From Nitrospirales bacterium (GTDB taxonomy: Bacteria > Nitrospirota > Nitrospiria > Nitrospirales > UBA8639), in the NCBI GenBank assembly GCA_965203295.1, contig CBDBCZ010000017.1:1696001-1760000 (forward strand): a stretch of DNA of 64,000 nt, in the 5' to 3' direction. Below are positions 1-11,888 of the stretch, piece by piece. Under the pieces are notes generated by a model. The model was not told the origin of the DNA and did no database searches. It saw only the letters and a list, made by a program, of their open reading frames with translations. The position numbers were made by a program, and so were the translations under genes. Within the stretch, counting starts at the first letter, position 1. Each line of letters opens with the position of its first letter.

Positions 1-141
1 CCCAGATCTGGACCGGCAATGTGATTGGTTGATTATAGTATTACATCACTAAACGGTATGGATATCTGGATACTACAGCCGTTTAGTGATGTAATACTAT
101 AATCAACCAATCACATTGCCAGGTCCAGAATACCGTTTAGT

Positions 142-1090
142 TAGCCTCGAACCCAGGCCTTCCACACAGATTTTTTCGCAGCCGTGGCAAAAATTGCTGA
201 GAAGGCCTGGTATATTTTCGCACGTGATGTGTGCCGCTGTCGACATCACGGTCAAACAGGAAGCAAGAAATGACGCTTACGTAAAGCCACGTGATAAGCA
301 ACGAGATTGAGTGCTCTATACTGTGTACTAGAAGAGTGAAAGGGTTTGATCGCTACAGAGGACATTGAGGATCATTTCTGGTCGCGTTAAAGTAGTGAGG
401 CAGATGCAGTGGAGCATTGAGGCGGAGTAGAAGACCGGCTAATCTCGTTCCCAGGTGCCAGACCACTCCTCCTCGACTGGCACGAGCAACCGGCGATTGC
501 AGTCACGACCGAGAAGGCTAAGTGGCGCGTACTGTGACTTAATATTATGCCATAGGCATTGATAGCTACACTTATCCATAGACCATAGCCAGAATTTGCA
601 TTATTTTTTTGTACATGTGCCCAATGTATTTTTATTTATGACTTTATTATAATAAAGTGCATTGACATATACAAATAGGCTGAAATAACAACGCCAAAGA
701 CCAATAGATGGCCCATGCAGAGCATGTTAGTATAAATGTGCAGCAGTCTCTAGCCACTGCTCCAGACACATCGAGCCTTAAGTCTGGCAGCAACTTTCCT
801 CTCTTTCCTGACACCAGCTAGAACTCTGCTGCATTTTTGCGCTTGTTTCCTTCATCATCAGAGAGAGAACCTCTCGGTATAGGCCTGTAGACACGGTAGA
901 CCACTATACTAGCTAGCCGCGAGATTCGCTGCGAAACCCCACCCATACGTGCACATGACATTTCACGCAATTTCTTTACTCCGTGATGACGACAGTGGCA
1001 CACATCACGTGCGAAAATATACCAGGCCTTCTCAGCGATTTTTGCCACGGCTGCGAAAAAATCTGCATGGAAGGCCTGGGTTCGAGGCTA
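142..1090. mobile_element. Non-autonomous TIR element (~100-bp TIRs, TAGCCTCG...CGAGGCTA), nested in a second inverted-repeat element spanning ~1-1147
   Basis: tagcctcgaacccaggccttcc...cacgtgatgtgtgcc (142-236) is the near-exact reverse complement of 997-1090. Bases 1-56 recur inverted at 79-128 and 1091-1147. Confidence 0.85.
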
Positions 1091-1240
1091 CCATTTAGTG
1101 ATGTAATACTATAATCAACCAATCACATTGCTGGTCCAGATCTGGGACCGCTGACGTGATGCTGCCCCAACTTTGAATATGCGGGGAGCCAGACTCACAT
1201 TTCTAACATGGGTCTGGGCACGAGACTAATGTATATGTAG

Positions 1241-1859
1241 CAGTGGAGATTGGACACATGGGTCATGTGACAGACAGCCCATGTGTTCATGGAGCTGTTC
1301 TTTATTGAGCTGCATGTACAATATGTAGTTTGGTCTAGTTTCGACCAAGTTCTGTTATCAGTATACAAGAAACACATATCGTTGGAATCTGCTTGTGAAA
1401 CGCTTTCAGAAAAGTGAGTCAGCCCCGTTCAGTCCCTGGGTCATTGCAGTGCTACGGTCGGTAAACTATTTAGCTGTTGGCAAGGTGAGACTACATACTG
1501 GATTCTATCTGCAGATGGCAAGATGCTGCCCTTCTAGGTCTGTTCCCACCATCTTACAGAAATCTACAGGCCATTGCAGCTTTATTATGAGCTATGCTTA
1601 CCTGTGTTTCGAGTCAGTGTAGCTTTCCGTTTCTGTCACATTTATGGCACCACGGAAATGCGCAGAATCGCTCAAATTGCTGAACGATACATCATTTTGG
1701 CCCTTGCTAACTCTTTGTAGATGTCTACCTAGCTTCAATCCATACTTTTTAGCTTCTCAGTGAGCTAATTGAACGCTGGAATGCAATGTGGAATGTAATT
1801 AATTGCAGCAAAGGAAACATGACTACGCACGTTAGTGAATGCATGTCCAACCTCCTCTG
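1241..1859. mobile_element. MITE family CAGAGGAGGTTGGACAC, copy 1
   Basis: Ends cagtggagattggacac ... atgtccaacctcctctg. Body is similar to 21059-21520 and 56755-57361. Confidence 0.8.
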
Positions 1860-1891
1860 GATCTATAGCACACTTTGAGAAAACAGATGTA

Positions 1892-2452
1892 CCGTAGACT
1901 CGGGTTATCAGGCACATGCACTAGTTGGGACAATAGCGGCGGTATATGCGCTACATAAAGAAGTGCGCTACATATCGGGGGTTAAAGGTCTACCACGCCT
2001 ATTTATTGCATGATGTCAACGATAACTGTCGATGCGAAAATCTAAAGTTCTTCGCAGCAAGGTTACAGTAGCTAGCTATAAAAATGGGAATTTTGCTGTT
2101 AGCAGATTACTAACTACCGGTATAGAATCACTATCAAAGAAAGCGTAGTTTGTGGTCTCCACGTGTACACAGAAAAGTATGGAGACCCGTTATTGGGCTG
2201 AACCGACCAACCGCCATGACTAGTGAGCCGTAGCTATCTATCGAGACGGAGAGATTGTTGGCCACGTACTCAGAGAGCTAGCTACCTGCTAACAGTCTCC
2301 TAGTTTCTCGTTCTAATAATTTTTGTGCTAGTTACTCCGCCCAATGTTTTGTTTGATTGGAATGTGCGCCTCTTTAGGCCGAGAAGCGAGCATGTGCCTG
2401 ATAGCATATGTGCGCTACATAACGAAGTGCACCTGATAGCCCGAGTCTACAG
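1892..2452 (+). mobile_element. TA-flanked CCGTA-type (pogo/Tc2-like) MITE carrying a degenerate HIRAN-like fragment
   Basis: TA|ccgtagactcgggttatcagg ... cctgatagcccgagtctacag|TA. Bases ~2140-2283 translate, with a frameshift and stops, to ESVVCGLHVY..KVWRPVIG..EPTNRHD**AVAIYRDGEIVGHVLRELA. Confidence 0.8.
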
Positions 2453-2537
2453 TATGTCACTAAGCTACACTGCGTGTGGTGGCATAGCGGGAACAGATGT
2501 AGCTTGCTTGGGGTGTGTGTGTTGTTGGCAAGATGTA

Positions 2538-4195
2538 CAGTGCTCAGAATCTAAAGAGTAGATTTTTGATAAAATTGCTTTATTGTTCTACACCCTACAT
2601 TGTTTATAGCCGGAAATTTGGTGAGGACTTTAATTTGGCGGTTTGGCGAATCGTAAAAAATCGCCAAATTAAATTCTCACGCATTATGTAATACGTAACA
2701 CCCACGTGCGCATTCAGCTACTAGAAAAAAGTTGCTCCGCGTAAGCTTACGTGTTTCCTCTCTGTCCGGGAAGGATATCGAACCTCGCAAACAAAGCTGT
2801 AAAGCGCTCTCTATCTGGAAACTTGAAGCCTGTCACACGGTCACCTCGAGGCAAGTATAACACTACACACAAGAAAGGGCACAAATTGGAAAGTATGCCG
2901 CTGACAACGGAGCGACAAAGGCTGCTACACACTTCTCGAAGCATCTGGATAGTAAGATCGGCGAATCCAACGTCTCCATTGTCGAGCTCAGTGACAAAAA
3001 AACTTTACCTGTTCAGCAGCGTTACACGTTGTGTGCCTAGGATTACGTAATACGTCAATATAAATTGCCAAAAGTAATTTAAGATTACGTCATAGCCGTA
3101 CGCAATCGCAAAATTTAAATTTCGCCAATATTTAATTTTGGCCGTTTTTGGCCATTTCGCCAAATTTAATTCTTGCCAAATTTTCCGGCTATACGGTATT
3201 AGGTTTTGTAAAGTGGAATGCATATACCTACATACATCTGCTACAATATGGAAAAGGTGTTAATTTGATTCGTGATAACCTAAGGGTTCTATGGCTTCTG
3301 CAAGACACCTGACTTGGAAAATCGGTTAAGGTGCTTAAATCTACATCTTTGTTCCGAGAAAGTTTAAACCTTGGATGTAACAAGCAATCAGGCCTAGGTA
3401 CCTTTGAATGTTAGAAATGTTCCCCTCAATTAATCAACACCGGAGATATTGACCAAAGATCGTGTTTTGAGTGGGATAATTATCGCTTAAGGTAGTAACT
3501 TTAGAATTTATTGTCCGAGAACTCTCAAAAAAATTTACAGAGCTATTAAGTTGTTGATACTAATGTACCACTACTCAAACAATTCCTGAGTCTTACTGTT
3601 CAGTCAAAAAAAATCTTTTCGTCTGCGCAGGCATTTTTCGCCATTTTGATGTTCGTTGTCGCTGTGGCAGTCTCTCCGTGTAGCAAAGTAAGTCCGTATA
3701 GCAGTATTGAGTGTTCCGACGATCTGCCGTGCGATTATCGATTCTAGTAAGGGAAAGTCCCTACGGTTACAGCATTTTTGTGACACGCAAAAAAATCCAT
3801 GACGTCAAAAAGCATGGCCGCTAGTACAGCAGTGTATGGAAGACTTGCCGGAAAAGTACCTTTTGTCAGTCCACAGCCGCATTTTTCAACTAGCTAGGTT
3901 TATGAGCAGTTATCATAAGTATCTACATTCATTTTTTAAGGTAAAAGTGGCAGAAAGTGCCAGCAGCGAAAGTCTATGAAAGTTCGCTTATGTTATTCCT
4001 ACTTTATTTGGTTACTTTTTGGGAATTTCACTCCAACATACTCTATCTTTTCTGTAGAGTAATGTGGTGTTGTTGCTACTTTGTTTTGTTAGTTTTCAAG
4101 ATCGTATATATACTAGCTCAGATTCAACTACTAGGTATGCGCCGCAAGATTACTTACCTCGTACTAAGATGTGCTCAGCAATGAAATCTCTTAAG
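2538..4195. mobile_element. Dispersed non-autonomous DNA-transposon repeat (paralogous to 26298-27510), interrupted by a CCGTA MITE at ~2601-3196
   Basis: cagtgctcagaatctaaagagtagatttttg recurs at 26298 and 27310. Bases ~3335-3900 match ~26400-27257 in reverse complement. The MITE ends ...ttttccggctatacgg|TA. Confidence 0.7.
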
Positions 4196-4610
4196 GTATG
4201 TATTATTTGGGCTACGTTCCGTAATGTATTCCCGGCCTCCCTCCAGCTTCATCACTTCTACTAGCAAAGCCTGGGGCTCATTTTCAGTCCTTGGAAGCCA
4301 CATAAGTGATGGGAACGAGGCTAGAAGCAATGCTCGTCACTTTATTCATTTCTTTGCACATCATTCTATTTTTGCTGTTTAGATGCCCATTCCCTCTGTG
4401 TGTGTAGACCACATACCCATTCCCACAGTGTAGTTCCACCAATGTTGGACTGAGCATCAAGTTTGCCTTTATCCACAGCTATAGTCACATCTGGCGAAAT
4501 CACCCATCTCTCTCTAGACCGCGCTCTCATTCCCGCTCTGTGTGTAGACCACATAGCCATTTCCAATGTGTGTGTAGACATATACCCATTCCCACTGTAT
4601 TTGTAGTCTA

Positions 4611-5220
4611 CCGTAGGCGCTCTAAATCTGCGTCACTCTAATCTTGCGTCAAAAATATGAAAAACGGTAACCGTATTTTCTAATTTTGCGTTACTAGCAG
4701 GAAATTTTTGGTTGGGTCCGTCCTAATGTTGCATCATCACTTCTGTCCTACGAAGTGGTGTCAGGCTTAGACTCTACGCCAGTAAAAAAGGATGGCTTTC
4801 AAGGTCACAAACAGAAAGGTGGCGAAAAGTGACGATGGCTAGTCGACGTCCGCTTCATTCTCTTGCTCACTCTGCTCATGCTCACTGTCACTATCGATCG
4901 TTACCGGCTGTTGAACTTTTCGCGGCCTCCCCAGACCACGTTTCGCCTTCCAGCGGATTGGTAGCGGCCCATCCACGCGTCCAAAGAAGCTAGTGATCTT
5001 CACAGCCATAGCAGATTAACGGTAAATCTACACGAGGTGTGATTCTGGTATGCATTTCAGCTAGCGTGCGCTTAGCGCTTACTGGTGCGGTATACCGTTA
5101 AGTCAATATTTTCTAATTATGCGTCAAAATGGATAAAATATTCCATGCCAATTTTCCAATTTTGCGTCGTTCAGAGAAATAATTATTTTTGAGGGTGACG
5201 CAAATTTAGAGCGCCTACGG
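4611..5220. mobile_element. TA-flanked CCGTA MITE
   Basis: TA|ccgtaggcgctctaaatctgcgtcac ... gtgacgcaaatttagagcgcctacgg|TA. Confidence 0.9.
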
Positions 5221-5488
5221 TAAGACCACATACTCAGGCCCCCGTTTTATTCAACTGCATGTAGGCAAAGGGGAGAGCCTGTCATGTTTAGATCATTATG
5301 CATCAGTAGGGTCCAATTTGAAAGACGGCTGCGTTTATTTTACTGGAGACTTTGTTTCTGCAGTAGGTCTGTGGCACAAACAAGGCTGTGAAGATCGCTA
5401 CGAGAAGTGTAGATTGCTACCTTCGTCTGAGAATTGCAAATGTGCTCGCCCACACTCTATTGCTACCTTTCTACTTTTGACACACACA

Positions 5489-5681
<193 letters not shown>

Positions 5682-5783
5682 GTGAGCTTCTCTTTTGTTC
5701 AGGGCTATGCCTTCCCATACTACATGTAATGAAAGGAATAGGCTGACAGATTAAAAAAAAAGATACAATGTAATTAGGCATAT

Positions 5784-6615
5784 GCCCGGCATGTCAAACT
5801 GACAGTCACATGACCACAAAGCCCGACACGTCAGACTGACAGTCACATGACAAAGCCAGACACGTCAGACTGACAGTCGCATGACCACAAAGCCCGACAC
5901 GTCAGACTGACAGTCGCATGACCACAAAGCCCGACACGTCAGACTGACAGTCGCATGACCACAAAGCCCGACACGTCAGACTGACAGTCGCATGACCACA
6001 GAGCCCGACACGTCAGACTGACAGTCGCATGACCACAAAGCCCGACACGTCAGACTGACAGTCGCATGACCACAGAGCCCGACACGTCAGACTGACAGTC
6101 GCATGACCACAGAGCCCGACACGTCAGACTGACAGTCGCATGACCACAGAGCCCGACACGTCAGACTGACAGTCGCATGACCACAGAGCCCGACACGTCA
6201 GACTGACAGTCGCATGACCACAGAGCCCGACACGTCAGACTGACAGTCGCATGACCACAAAGCCCGACACGTCAGACTGACAGTCGCATGACCACAAAGC
6301 CCGACACGTCAGACTGACAGTCGCATGACCACAAAGCCCGACACATCAGACTGACAGTCGCATGACCACAAAGCCCGACACGTCAGACTGACAGTCGCAT
6401 GACCACAGAGCCCGACACGTCAGACTGACAGTCGCATGACCACAGAGCCCGACACGTCAGACTGACAGTCGCATGACCACAGAGCCCGACACGTCAGACT
6501 GACAGTCGCATGACCACAGAGCCCGACACGTCAGACTGACAGTCGCATGACCACAAAGGCCGACACGTCAGACTGACAGTCACATGACCACAAAGGCCGA
6601 CATGTCAGACTGACA
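5784..6615. repeat. 37-bp tandem minisatellite, ~22 copies
   Basis: Unit gcccgacacgtcagactgacagtcgcatgaccaca(a/g)a, period 37, no spacers. Confidence 0.97.
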
Positions 6616-7208
6616 CACAACAGTACACAATGACCATGCATAATAACCCTACTGACAATTAAATGAGAAATTACCATAAACATAGTGCATCAAACTATCA
6701 GACATGCGGTAACACAAACATAAAGCCTCCTGCCAGTCTATTAATGAGAAGATGTAATAATTTTTTATCAGCGCTAACTATTAACTTTAGGATGGTCACC
6801 CCTGCTTGGCCTAGTGCGCGAGTGCGCATGCACTAATAATTCCCATGGCTCTACATGTACACTTCCTGCCGGAGCAATAGCTCCATGCGCATTCTACTTG
6901 AAATATGCCACACTCATTTTCCGTAGTAGACAAGAGCAAGTAAAAACAACACTAACGTAACCAAACTACTTATTTTACACATCTAACCTTACATATCAAC
7001 ATAAATGCTTGAGTCCTGGGTCGTTCAGGCATTCCGTGCTCACGATCTCCGAGACAATAGTATTTCTTTACGTAATTGTAACGTAACGTTCACTGCATCT
7101 GATTGGCTACCGTGCATTGCGGTTAGAAACTGGCGGGCAGAATTTAATTCGTAGATCAGTTCGAACTGTCAGCTCATATAGCCTTAGCCACTTTTCGCAT
7201 GTAGAGAG

Positions 7209-8580
7209 ATGAATATGTCATCGTCATTTTCGAGATCTCGCGGTACCCCGACTCAAGGGCCCACCACGACAACTCTGCTTGCAGAACAGGCTCGACGGAG
7301 TAGAATTGATGAAAAACTGGACTCCCTAGCAAATATGCAACTAACGGAGTCACATGGGGTGAAAGCTTTGCAGACAGACCTGCAGTCGATTCGAGATGAG
7401 CTATCCACTTTAAAGCAACAGGTTCAACAGCAAGGTGAAAGGAATGTATCTGGAGGAGCATTTAGGGCAAGAAAACTTCCATCACGACTGTGTGTGAGTT
7501 AATTAGTTTAGCAAATTCTCTAACCAGTATCCATCTTTATCCTTCTCTATGTGCAGGCAAAAGTGAAAACTCTACATGACAGTTTAGAGAATCGTTTTGA
7601 TCCTTCTCAGTCGTAAGTATACTCTGTCGTGCAGTATAACATAGTTACTAACATTTCTTGTGTGTTTATTAGGTACGAAGCAGAGTGCAACCAAGTCATT
7701 GCCTGTGAAATTATTTCTCAAATAACTGAAGACGACGGGGAAAATTTTGAGGAATATGAAATCAAACGTAAGTTGTATTCAGTGCCATGCTATAGCATAC
7801 GTCTAGCTTAAATTTCAAAAGCTTCAACTGACTTAATACTTTGTTTTCAGGTGCTACCTATCGCTATTATGAATCTAGAAGGAAGCTGTATAACGATTCT
7901 CAACCGAGAAGAATGCAGAAAGCCATAGAAAACAAATTGAAGACCAGGAAAACCCAGTAAGGTTGTGTATAATCAAAGCAAGGGATATTTGGCAGTGTAT
8001 TAATTCTGATGGTATTTTTTTGGTGATCTGCAGTTGTTCCAGCGCCGTACAAAGGTGGTCCTGCAGCAAGAAGCCCAGATCTGGAGCCACCTAACCTTTC
8101 ACTGTATGAGTGAAGAAAGCGATAATGATGAGGGTACAAAAACCCGTCATACACCAAACTGGCGATCACAAAGTAAGTATAGTTTGAGTTAGGTTAGAGT
8201 TCATATTATATGCTGAAGGAGTGCTTCTTTAATTTATCAGTTTTTTTTTCTTTTTAGAATTCAATCAATTTATCTCCAAACTGGACAGCAGATTTGCTAA
8301 AAAGCAAACTGTACGGTCAATAGAGCGGGTATATGGGGAAATACTTGACTGCTCTCCACCGAAACGGCTACCGAGGTGGATGATTGAACAGCACAGTGAC
8401 TGTCTACCAGATCGAGAACCAGCCCCTGTCCATTCCACTCCAATTCCCAGTCGGAGTTGGGCCACAACACCACCTCAACTTCATTCTATATGCCAGAACT
8501 TTCACATACACAGTATAGAAATTCTATGTATGAGTTTGACCTGCCTGATCCACGTACATGTAGTCACAGTCAGGATATAG
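7209..8580 (+). pseudogene. C14orf93/DUF4616-like gene, 6+ exons (7209-7493, 7557-7612, 7673-7767, 7851-~7956, 8034-8172, 8258-~8512/8580)
   Basis: The GT-AG exons join to a coiled-coil N-terminus, then ATYRYYESRRK...LFQRR...CMSEESDNDEGTKTRHTPNWRSQKFNQFISKLDSRF...RVYGEILDCSPPKRLPRWMI, a motif series recalled for this family. The exon 4/5 phases do not match, so it is probably disabled. Confidence 0.65.
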
Positions 8581-9744
8581 TTTCGGATGAAGACTCTCCT
8601 TTTAGTGTTGACTTATCATATTAATCTTGTAGCGTTCTGTAACTGCATTGTTGTTTTTTTCTTGTTATTGATACCACTATATTCGTGTCGATTTTCCGTG
8701 AGCGCTAGCGCTGGGCGTAATTATTAAAGCTGGTTATCGAAATATTTCATAATGAAAGAATACGGACTAATAATGCAGCGCACGGTACGGTAATATACGT
8801 ATTGTTAGGGCAGCTAGACGGGAGGCAACACGGCTGCAGACGATATTATGCACGGTATGCCCGATTAGCTCCTGTCCACGAAGTGGTCCGGATGCGGTGC
8901 TAGACGGAACCGCGTGCTGAAGAAGGCGGGGTGCCGGTATTCCCCCGCCCGCAGGTGAACTCGGGACTGTGTACGGGAGTGTACGTTGCCGTCTCCTCCG
9001 CAGGTGAACTCGGGACTATGTACAGGAGTGTACGTTGTCGCCTCCTACCACTGTTACTGCTGTGACACCTTCAATGCACAGGATATGCCAGTTTTGTCAC
9101 CATCGAAGAGCGATCCACAACACGGGGGAGCTACGACATGCACCAAAGTATTTGGTTGTTGTGTTAAAGCGAACCCAGAGGAGGATTGGGGTTGGTGGTT
9201 CATATTTTAACCACAAGTCAAACAGACGAGTTGTTTTAGACCAGTAAGTGCGTTATAATGCATAACATCGCATAAGCATAAGTGGGTTGCTTTCAAATTC
9301 ATAGGACAATAGAAGTGCATGTGAACGAAGTAAATGAAGAGTTTGATGTTCACCCAGATTTTCAGATGTGTTACAGCCTTCAATCCGTAGTGGTAAGTAC
9401 ATTGAAAACTTATTCTCTCAAGTATGGATGATAGTATATCATGATCAGTACCAAATCCACTTTGTGAATAGATTCACCATGGAACTACTTCTCAAGGAGG
9501 TCACTGTAAGTGCGCACAATTATGTCATTGAGATATTTTTGGTAATAACGCTGATGCTGAACGAATTACTGCTAAACAGCCAGCATTTCAAAACTGAGTT
9601 ACAAGTTCAAAACTTATTTCATCTGTGTAATCTTTATAACTGGGCTATATTGTAATGGTGGAATGTTCTTAGGGTGAGCAATGCCCACACTTTCCAGATA
9701 TGATTGTAGACCATTACAGTCATCCTGTCTCATTTATCATATTC

Positions 9745-10870
9745 AAACTTATACTATACCTCACTGAAATACTGCAGCCTGATTGGTTGCTTATGGGTAT
9801 TTAAATCTCTTATTACCCTATGGTTTCACTTATTACCCTGTGATTACACTTATTACACCTGCAATTGTGAACTGAAAAACCAGCCCCACCCCCACGGTTT
9901 GCGCCACCTATGTCCGACAATGAAGTGCAACGAGTAAAAAAGGCTGCTGTGCCTAAAACTAAAACAACGCTTCTCAGGCAGTGGGGGTAGTATTCACAAA
10001 GAGGGGGTCACCCCTCATAGAGAGACACAAGTTGGTGCATCAACCTATGGAAGGAGTGGAGGGATGACAGAAATAGCAGGTCAGAGGAGCAGATTCCCTC
10101 AGATATTCAACCTGCTATTTCTGTCATCCCTCCACTCCTTCCATAGGTTGATGCACCAACTTGTGTCTCTCTGCGTTGTTTTAGGCACAGCAGCCTTTTT
10201 TACTTGTTGCACTTCATTGTCGGACATAGGTGGCGCAAACTGTGGGGGTGGGGCTGGTTTTTCGCACTCGACGTCGACCAAAAACGCCTCCATGATGTCA
10301 TGGGGCGGGGCGTTTATTTACTGACAGGAAGTTGTAGATCATGTTTCATATACTCCAGCCCTCAGGGCAATATATAACATACAGCACATCAGTCAGTTGC
10401 CGTATACATGCATGCAGTCACTATATAGCATAGCGCGAGAGCCACTTGTTCAATATGGGGGCGTCTCCCGATGAGAGTAGCTAAAGCAGAGGGAGGAGCT
10501 GGGTCGTGGGGGAGGCGCTTATTACGCCACATCCGCCACGAGTTTCTCGGCCCATAGATAATAGAGCAAAACCTATTATCTATGCTCGGCCTCATCATCG
10601 TCTGTTAGAAGGGACGCGAAGCATTCCGTCCACTCAAGACAAGTCGGAGAACCGCACAGAGCGATACTGTAGTACTGTAGCTACTAGCTAAGCGTCGGTT
10701 ACCATGGACCCAAAGAACCAATCCGCTTAAGAATATAACATAAACCGCGGTTTATCTATTAAATACGATGAAACCCTCGGGGCCTACTGTATTTAGATCC
10801 CGGGCGTGCGTCTATACAGTTTCCGCGGGGCTCTAAATACCGTAGACCCCTCGGTTTCATCGTATAACCT
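9745..10870 (-). mobile_element. Crypton-like relic (DUF3504/KCTD1/ZMYM-type N-terminal fragment) inside a USP intron
   Basis: ORF 10099-10293 (-) MSDNEVQQVKKAAVPKTTQRDTSWCINLWKEWRDDRN resembles the PxxTxxxTxWxxxxWxxW..RN motif. There is an inverted copy at 9874-10081 and a terminal hairpin at ~10763-10864. Confidence 0.6.
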
Positions 10871-10935
10871 ATATTTAGATACTACAATGGCTGTTACAAG
10901 TACAGGCACCTACCACTATTATGATGATACTAAGA

Positions 10936-11523
10936 TACTAGGTGAATGCAAAGCATTGTGGGGCGAGCGTGAGCGAGGTATTAGCCCATGCGTACGTTAG
11001 CGGCGACGCACCCTCAGCAGCTCTTTTGGCTCCTCTCATCTCAGTGTCACTGTCGGTGGCCTGGAGAAATGACAACTCTTCTGGCTCTAGAACTCGCTCT
11101 CTGCTGTTCCAATGTGACTTATCGCCAACCTGGGGATATATACGGCAACGCTGTAGCCTTTGCCGCTGCCGTCTACTCTGTGAGAGCATCCCTAAGCTAG
11201 CTGCACTGCAGCCACCGTGGCCACGTGAACAATTTGGAATATTACGGAACTATTTGAAACGTTATATTGAAACGCGAAACGATATGCGGTATGTGCGTAA
11301 GTCCACAGACTTTCGATCTCTCTGTGGAAGGGCAATGCCTCCATGTGGATCCAGAGGACCCCTACCCAGTCTGCCTGGGTGGGCGGGGTCATTTAGTTTA
11401 GCTTTCTGTGGTACTGTTTTGTAATGCGTCATTGTGTTTATTATTAACGTACGTACACCGTACACACAGACAAATTCTCCATTAAGAACACGCTAGTGTG
11501 GGGCTCGCTCACGCTCGCCCAAT
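10936..11523. mobile_element. Non-autonomous element with gggcgagcgtgagcgag inverted ends, interrupting the USP coding sequence
   Basis: gggcgagcgtgagcgag (10961) and ctcgctcacgctcgccc (11504-11520) are inverted. The insertion follows YYDDTK directly. Confidence 0.7.
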
Positions 11524-11888
11524 GACGATGTTATAGACACTATAGGTATGTGCAGGTAAGCTGTAGCATACAAGTAGAATTCACTTGAGCAATGTTGAAT
11601 AATACAACATCATGTTCCATATCACATATCACCATAAAAAAATGCAGTCATACTTTTGTATCGAAGTTCAGCTCAACAGGTATTATCATAAAGAAATTTA
11701 AATAATGTTTAAGAGACGTGATTCTTCACTGATGGATGACCTGCGATACAGGTACATGTTTTAAACAGAGGTGGCTGTACATCCAGCCATGAACCTCAGG
11801 CAGAAAAAATGACCATGGTAGGAATGATCAATAATACATACACTCATAACTATAACTATTTATTGTAAAACACATGACAAATGTACAG

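Larger units (their letters stand above)
9082..11679 (+). pseudogene. C-terminal half of a USP (peptidase C19) deubiquitinase domain, split over exons 9082-9243, 9305-9392, 9472-9505, 10879-10934 and ~11641-11679
   Basis: Spliced translation ICQFCHHRRAIHNTGELRHAPKYLVVVLKRT...HKSNRRVVLDQTIEV...CYSLQSVVIHHGTTSQGGHYTTMAVTSTGTYHYYDDTK...NAVILLYRS. This matches the USP CxxC, PxxLxxxLKR, His-box, DD and terminal motifs. No Cys box was found upstream. Confidence 0.75.

Noticed and set aside
5784..6615. CRISPR array (37-bp palindromic repeat)
   Set aside because: Units are contiguous with no spacers, there are no cas genes, and the context is eukaryotic.
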